Made by a program: the position numbers and the translations under genes. From assembly GCA_030704615.1 (NCBI GenBank), contig CM060732.1, positions 6,634,001 to 6,698,000 of the forward strand: a stretch of 64,000 bases of DNA, written 5' to 3'. This document shows positions 59,846 through 64,000 of this stretch, piece after piece (position 1 is the stretch's first letter; each line of letters opens with the position of its first letter). This DNA comes from Takakia lepidozioides. Lineage: Eukaryota > Plantae > Bryophyta. The notes below the pieces were generated by a model. It saw only the letters and a list, made by a program, of their open reading frames with translations. It searched no databases and was not told where the DNA came from.

Positions 59846-61919
59846 ATGGTGGTGGTATCATCGACAACTCCAACTGCTCGAGCAGTCACTCCAAAAGCGG
59901 CTACTCATCGAGCGCAGTCAAACAGTCGTCGGCAGCAATCGTTGGACCTGGTGCTTGGCATTTTTGGATCGCCAAAGATGGGTCGGGAGGGCACACACAA
60001 ACTTGCTCCTTTTGTTGGTGGACGGGAGGACCTGCAGCAGGAGTATGCCCGAATAGGCATTTGGGAGGTTGGTGCAGCCGGCATGACAGGTGAAGGGCGT
60101 CGGATGAGGACAACAGATCCGCCAATGGAGGAAGCTGATGCACATGAAGGAGGGCCCGCCCACGCAAAGAAGAAGAGGAAAACCAAGCACATGCAGTCCC
60201 TAGCGAGAGAGCCATCACAGGCTGCGGAGGGGGGAGTGAACAGAACAACCACCAAGGCGCGTGAGGGTGTCAGTTCCCCTCAATCAAAGGTGGTTGTCCT
60301 GGAGGCCTCCCCTGCTGCTACGCCTAGTAAGAAACAGAAGGCCCGTGAGAGGGCAAAAGAGTGGGTAAAAGAACAGGCGAGACAGAAGGCTAGCCAGGAG
60401 GCAAGAGAAAAGGCCACTGAAGAGACCAGGGGTGTGGAAATGACAGATGCCCATGTAAGTGAGGGACGCACAGAGATGGTGGATCCCTCCAAGACACCAG
60501 AAACAAGCAGTAACACACCGGCTGCATCCTTACCGGTTACACCATCGCGGGTGGGAGCAGCCCCCACAATTACCCATACGGTGGAGACTTGGGGAGGGGA
60601 TAGAACACCACAAAGACCACGGATTGTGGGAGGTGGAGGTGAAGACGGGGAGAGGGCAGTAGAGACGGGGAGAGGGCACGAGGTGCTTCCGCCGGTGATT
60701 GACCATGTTGAGGACGACGAGAGCTTTTTGACCTGGATGACATCCTCCCGGAGATCCCCAGGCCCCAAACCCGGAGCATACAGGCTGGATTTGGTGGTCC
60801 TAGTAGGCTGCCGGAGAACCCCTCTGCAGCAGACGTCATGTCGGAGGCGGATATGAAGTTGGCCGCTGCCAAGATGTTGGAGGCAACCCACAGCAACATT
60901 GGCAGGGTCCTGGGGGGCATGGTGTACCCGGCCAAGCTTCGGATTCCTCTCTGCCACTTGGTATCATTGCAGGTGGTGAGACCTGCCCTCCCAGGCGATA
61001 TCGACAAGCTGAAATTCTCTTTCCGGGAGGGATATCGAATGGGGTCTGCCGCGTTTTATGTTTCCATTGAGAACGACCACGGAGCGCAATTGCATGCCGC
61101 ATGCTACTAACCGCCCGCTTTGTCCCTCAGGTGCTTCAATGTGGGCTGGGACGTTGTCCGACAGGCATGTCTTCGCCTTCGAACCAGATACTACCCTCCA
61201 CAACTCCGAATTTGCAGCGGCTGAACGTCTGCCGAAAGAGGAAGAGGCATCCTCGGAGGATGAGGAAGAATCCGAGAAGGAGCAGAGGGAGGTACAAGTT
61301 GGGATCGAGGCCGAGGAGCCCCCGGCTTACGATTGAGTGGTCGCATTGTAAGTTGCCTCCTGATTTTGTGAGGCACCTCCCTTCGCTCTCTTATTTCATT
61401 GAAAGACCCTTTCTGCTTCTGTTGGTTTTGACATTCTTGAAGTGGATTTGTTCTTACTGTAGGATGCCAAGTACTGCAGGAGGGACGTCTACGCCGCAGT
61501 TCATGGGCAGGAGGAACATGATTTTTTTTGCCAGGGGGGATTTCATGCTGAGTCCAGAAAGGGACTACATCCTTCCTACTTATGCTGCCCGGCTTGCTTC
61601 GGTGTCCATTAGGAGGTCTTCCGAACCTAGTCGTGTACAACAGATTTTAGACGAGGCAAGCCTCAAGAAAATGAAGATGAGGGAGGAGGCAGCAGCTATT
61701 AGAGCCCGTCAGGCTCGTAGATTTGTCTTGGATTCTGCTGAGGAAAGTGGGGGAAAGGCAGAAGATTCCCAGGAGGTGAGGTGGACAGTCCCCCAAGGAG
61801 AGGACGGTATTTTTGAGAGGCATAGTGGAACTGATGCATCTCAGAGCTCGGAGGATGGGGGGGATGAGGGGGATGAGGAGGAAGGTGGGGCAAGTTCCTC
61901 GGAGGGTGTAGGAGAGTAG
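59846..61919 (+). pseudogene. Cargo gene C, internally deleted: start of ParB-like domain joined to the last methyltransferase exon
   Basis: IPLCHLVSLQVVRPALPGDIDKLKFSFREGY...FYVS (60838-61085); exon from 61131 GASMWAGTLSDRHVFAFEPDTTLHNSEF matches A GACFHACKSAGRHFFGMEADTELFSSEL after an equivalent splice acceptor. Confidence 0.72.
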
Positions 61920-62091
61920 TGCCCATTCCGGCTATGACAGTTAGGACACACTTGTATAGATGTGGCTTGCCACAAAATTTGCAATAAAATGTTGCATTTC
62001 ATTGCTATGACGAGTCCATTGGTGCCACATTCCAGCTTCGAATGACCCTATTCCGTGCCTCCTAACCCTATTTCCGTGGACACACAATTGT

Positions 62092-62151
62092 CCGCTCATG
62101 CTTTTTTTTTTTTCCCGCTCATCTCATGTCGCTCATGAAATAGCAACCCCC
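62092..62151. repeat. Right terminus of element C (B/C-type end)
   Basis: Reverse complement GGGGGTTGCTATTTCATGAGC matches the B end at 33399; GCTCAT motifs clustered. Confidence 0.72.
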
Positions 62152-62509
62152 AAACAAAGCCTAAATAAGCTTCATGATGACCATCCGAATTTATTTTCAC
62201 TTCTCATTCAATATTCCATCCATCCATCATCTATCCATCATCCATCGACCATGGATGGAATATTGCAAACCTCAGTAAGCTTCACAATGAGCATCCAATT
62301 TTTTTTACCTCTTCTTCAGTAACAAACCCTAAATAAGCTTCATGATAACTTACCGAGCTTTTTTTTCACCTCTTCTTCAATAACAAAACCTCAGCAATGA
62401 GCATCCATTTATTCTTTTTTTTTAAGCACCGTAATTACTTCCACGGTAATAGGATCCCCTCTAAACTCAGTCCTCGGTTATAAGGCCTGCTTCTCCCTCC
62501 TCTAAACCC

Positions 62510-62586
62510 TGGGCTCACGCTTAGAGGGCAAAGCGTGAGCCCAGCTCTTGGGTTCGTGCGGCTGGGCTCACGCCGTAGCTGCGTTC
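62510..62586. repeat. A-type Mutator-like right terminus
   Basis: ...GGCTCACGCCGTAGCTGCGTTC resembles the end at 27807; abuts integrase sequence at DLVGP. Confidence 0.7.
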
Positions 62587-63325
62587 ATCTTGTTGGACCT
62601 AAATGAACCTCACGTCTAAGGGCAATAGCTACATTGTTGTAGCCTCCGACTACCTGACTAAGTGGGTTGAAATCCGACCATCGGTTGCTAAAGACAGTAA
62701 CAAAATGGCACAATTTTTCTTTGATGATGTAATACTACGTCATGGTTGCCCTTTGGAGATCCTAACTAACCAAGGTACTGAATTATGCAACTAGCTCATG
62801 GAAGCACTTTATTTAAACCTGGATACTAAGCATCGTGTGACTGCACCCTACAATCCTCAATGTCATGGACTAACCGAGCAATTTAATAAGACTATGTGCC
62901 AGATGTTAGAGAAAACCATGACCTTGATTCACGAGTGTGACATTGTCTTGCCAATCCTGTTGTTTCTCTATCAAACCTCTGTCCATGCCAATACCAACAT
63001 CTTTTTTTTTGAAGTAGTATGGTCGCAAGGCCCGGCCTCCTCTGCACATTGCCACCTTACAGGTACCTGTATCTCAACCTGTAGATCGGAACTCTTTTTG
63101 CATGATCTGGATACTAAGAGATGCAAGCTAAGGGAAAGAGCTAAGAGCAACATTGTGCTAGCTCATGCTCGTAACTATAATCGGCAAGAAGTGTATTCTG
63201 ATGCTTTTAAAGATGGCCAATCTGTTTGTGTTCGTCTTCAACCTGGTAAGCAAGTATCCAAAGCTCAGCGTAGAATAGATGGTCCTTATCTGATTGTTGA
63301 CATCCTTCCTGGTCGCCAGTGTTAG
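62587..63325 (+). pseudogene. Ty3/gypsy integrase fragment
   Basis: DLVGP, YIVVASDYLTKWVE, RHGCPLEILTNQG, YNPQCHGLTEQFN, GPY. Confidence 0.85.
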
Positions 63326-64000
63326 CTCTTACCTCGGCATGAATCTACTGCTGCACTTCCAGGGACTGTTAATGTTTCCTTACTGGTTCCTTGCACTCTT
63401 ACATTTGATCTGACATGTTTGAATGTTGAGAATAGGCAGGTGATCCTTACTCCTACCAGGGCTGCTCACAATCAGTAGGTGGCTGCCTCTCCATAGAGTA
63501 GTTTTTGGTGAAATTTTTCGTGCTAGGTGTTCGCATCACCATGTAAACACCTGGGGTTTTTCCAAGGTGAGGTTTTGTCCTTCGCTCAATTTGCAGAGCA
63601 AGGTTTTCCTCACCTAGTTTTTTCATCCCTTGTGTCTCGGATGCATAGTTGTGTTAGTTTTCTTTTGGTGACTGTTTGCCTTGTTTGAATTCAAACTCCA
63701 AGCTTGCAGGAGCTCACTTCTTTGGAGGGGCCGGCTAGCTGCACATATGTGGGGCCATGATCCCCCCCCCCCCCTTCTTTATTCGATTTTATGGATGAAC
63801 AGATGGTAGGAAGATAGGGATGATGGTGCGTTGGATGAACATATTTTTAGTTAAGGTACCTTGCTTTATTATAACAGCTAGTTTAGGATTCTTGAGGAGA
63901 GAGTCGCTTTGCTGATATGTTTTCGACAACGTTCTTGCTTCCCGCCATATCCGGGACAACACGGACGCATGGAAGCACGCCGATTTTTTTTAAAAATATG

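Noticed and set aside
56101-62586. One intact non-autonomous element between the A-type ends at 56101 and 62586
   Set aside because: The flanks differ (CACCACCAC versus ATCTTGTTG) and belong to different integrases, so there is no TSD.

Overview
Eukaryotic, transposon-dense region. PLS-type PPR fragments, CACTA and Ty3/gypsy elements and GT-AG introns point to a land plant, probably a non-seed plant (inference). No intact host gene is visible. The backbone is nested and degenerate Ty3/gypsy LTR retrotransposons (a non-chromovirus family with a long extra ORF, in three pieces, and a split chromovirus), a CACTA transposase pseudogene and PPR fragments. The notable content is a family of Mutator-like DNA transposons: A (~14.9-27.8 kb), B (~33.4-43.4 kb), C (~58.4-62.2 kb) and a transposase fragment D (28.4-30.4 kb). 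Their transposase has a GCM-like Zn domain, a MULE DDE core and a SWIM finger. Head-to-head with it lies an intron-containing cargo gene with a ParB/Sulfiredoxin-like domain (FFVWDGNHRLLAW) and, in A and C, C-terminal beta-class N4C/N6A DNA-methyltransferase-like sequence. Each element carries many copies of its own 22-bp palindrome, mostly spaced at near-integer helical turns (42, 53, 94-96 bp). These palindromes are distinct from the shared terminal motif (CRTGAGC). The layout suggests a transposon-borne ParB/parS-like self-recognition and DNA-modification system; this is a hypothesis. All copies here are degenerate, and domain calls are by motif recognition, not database search.
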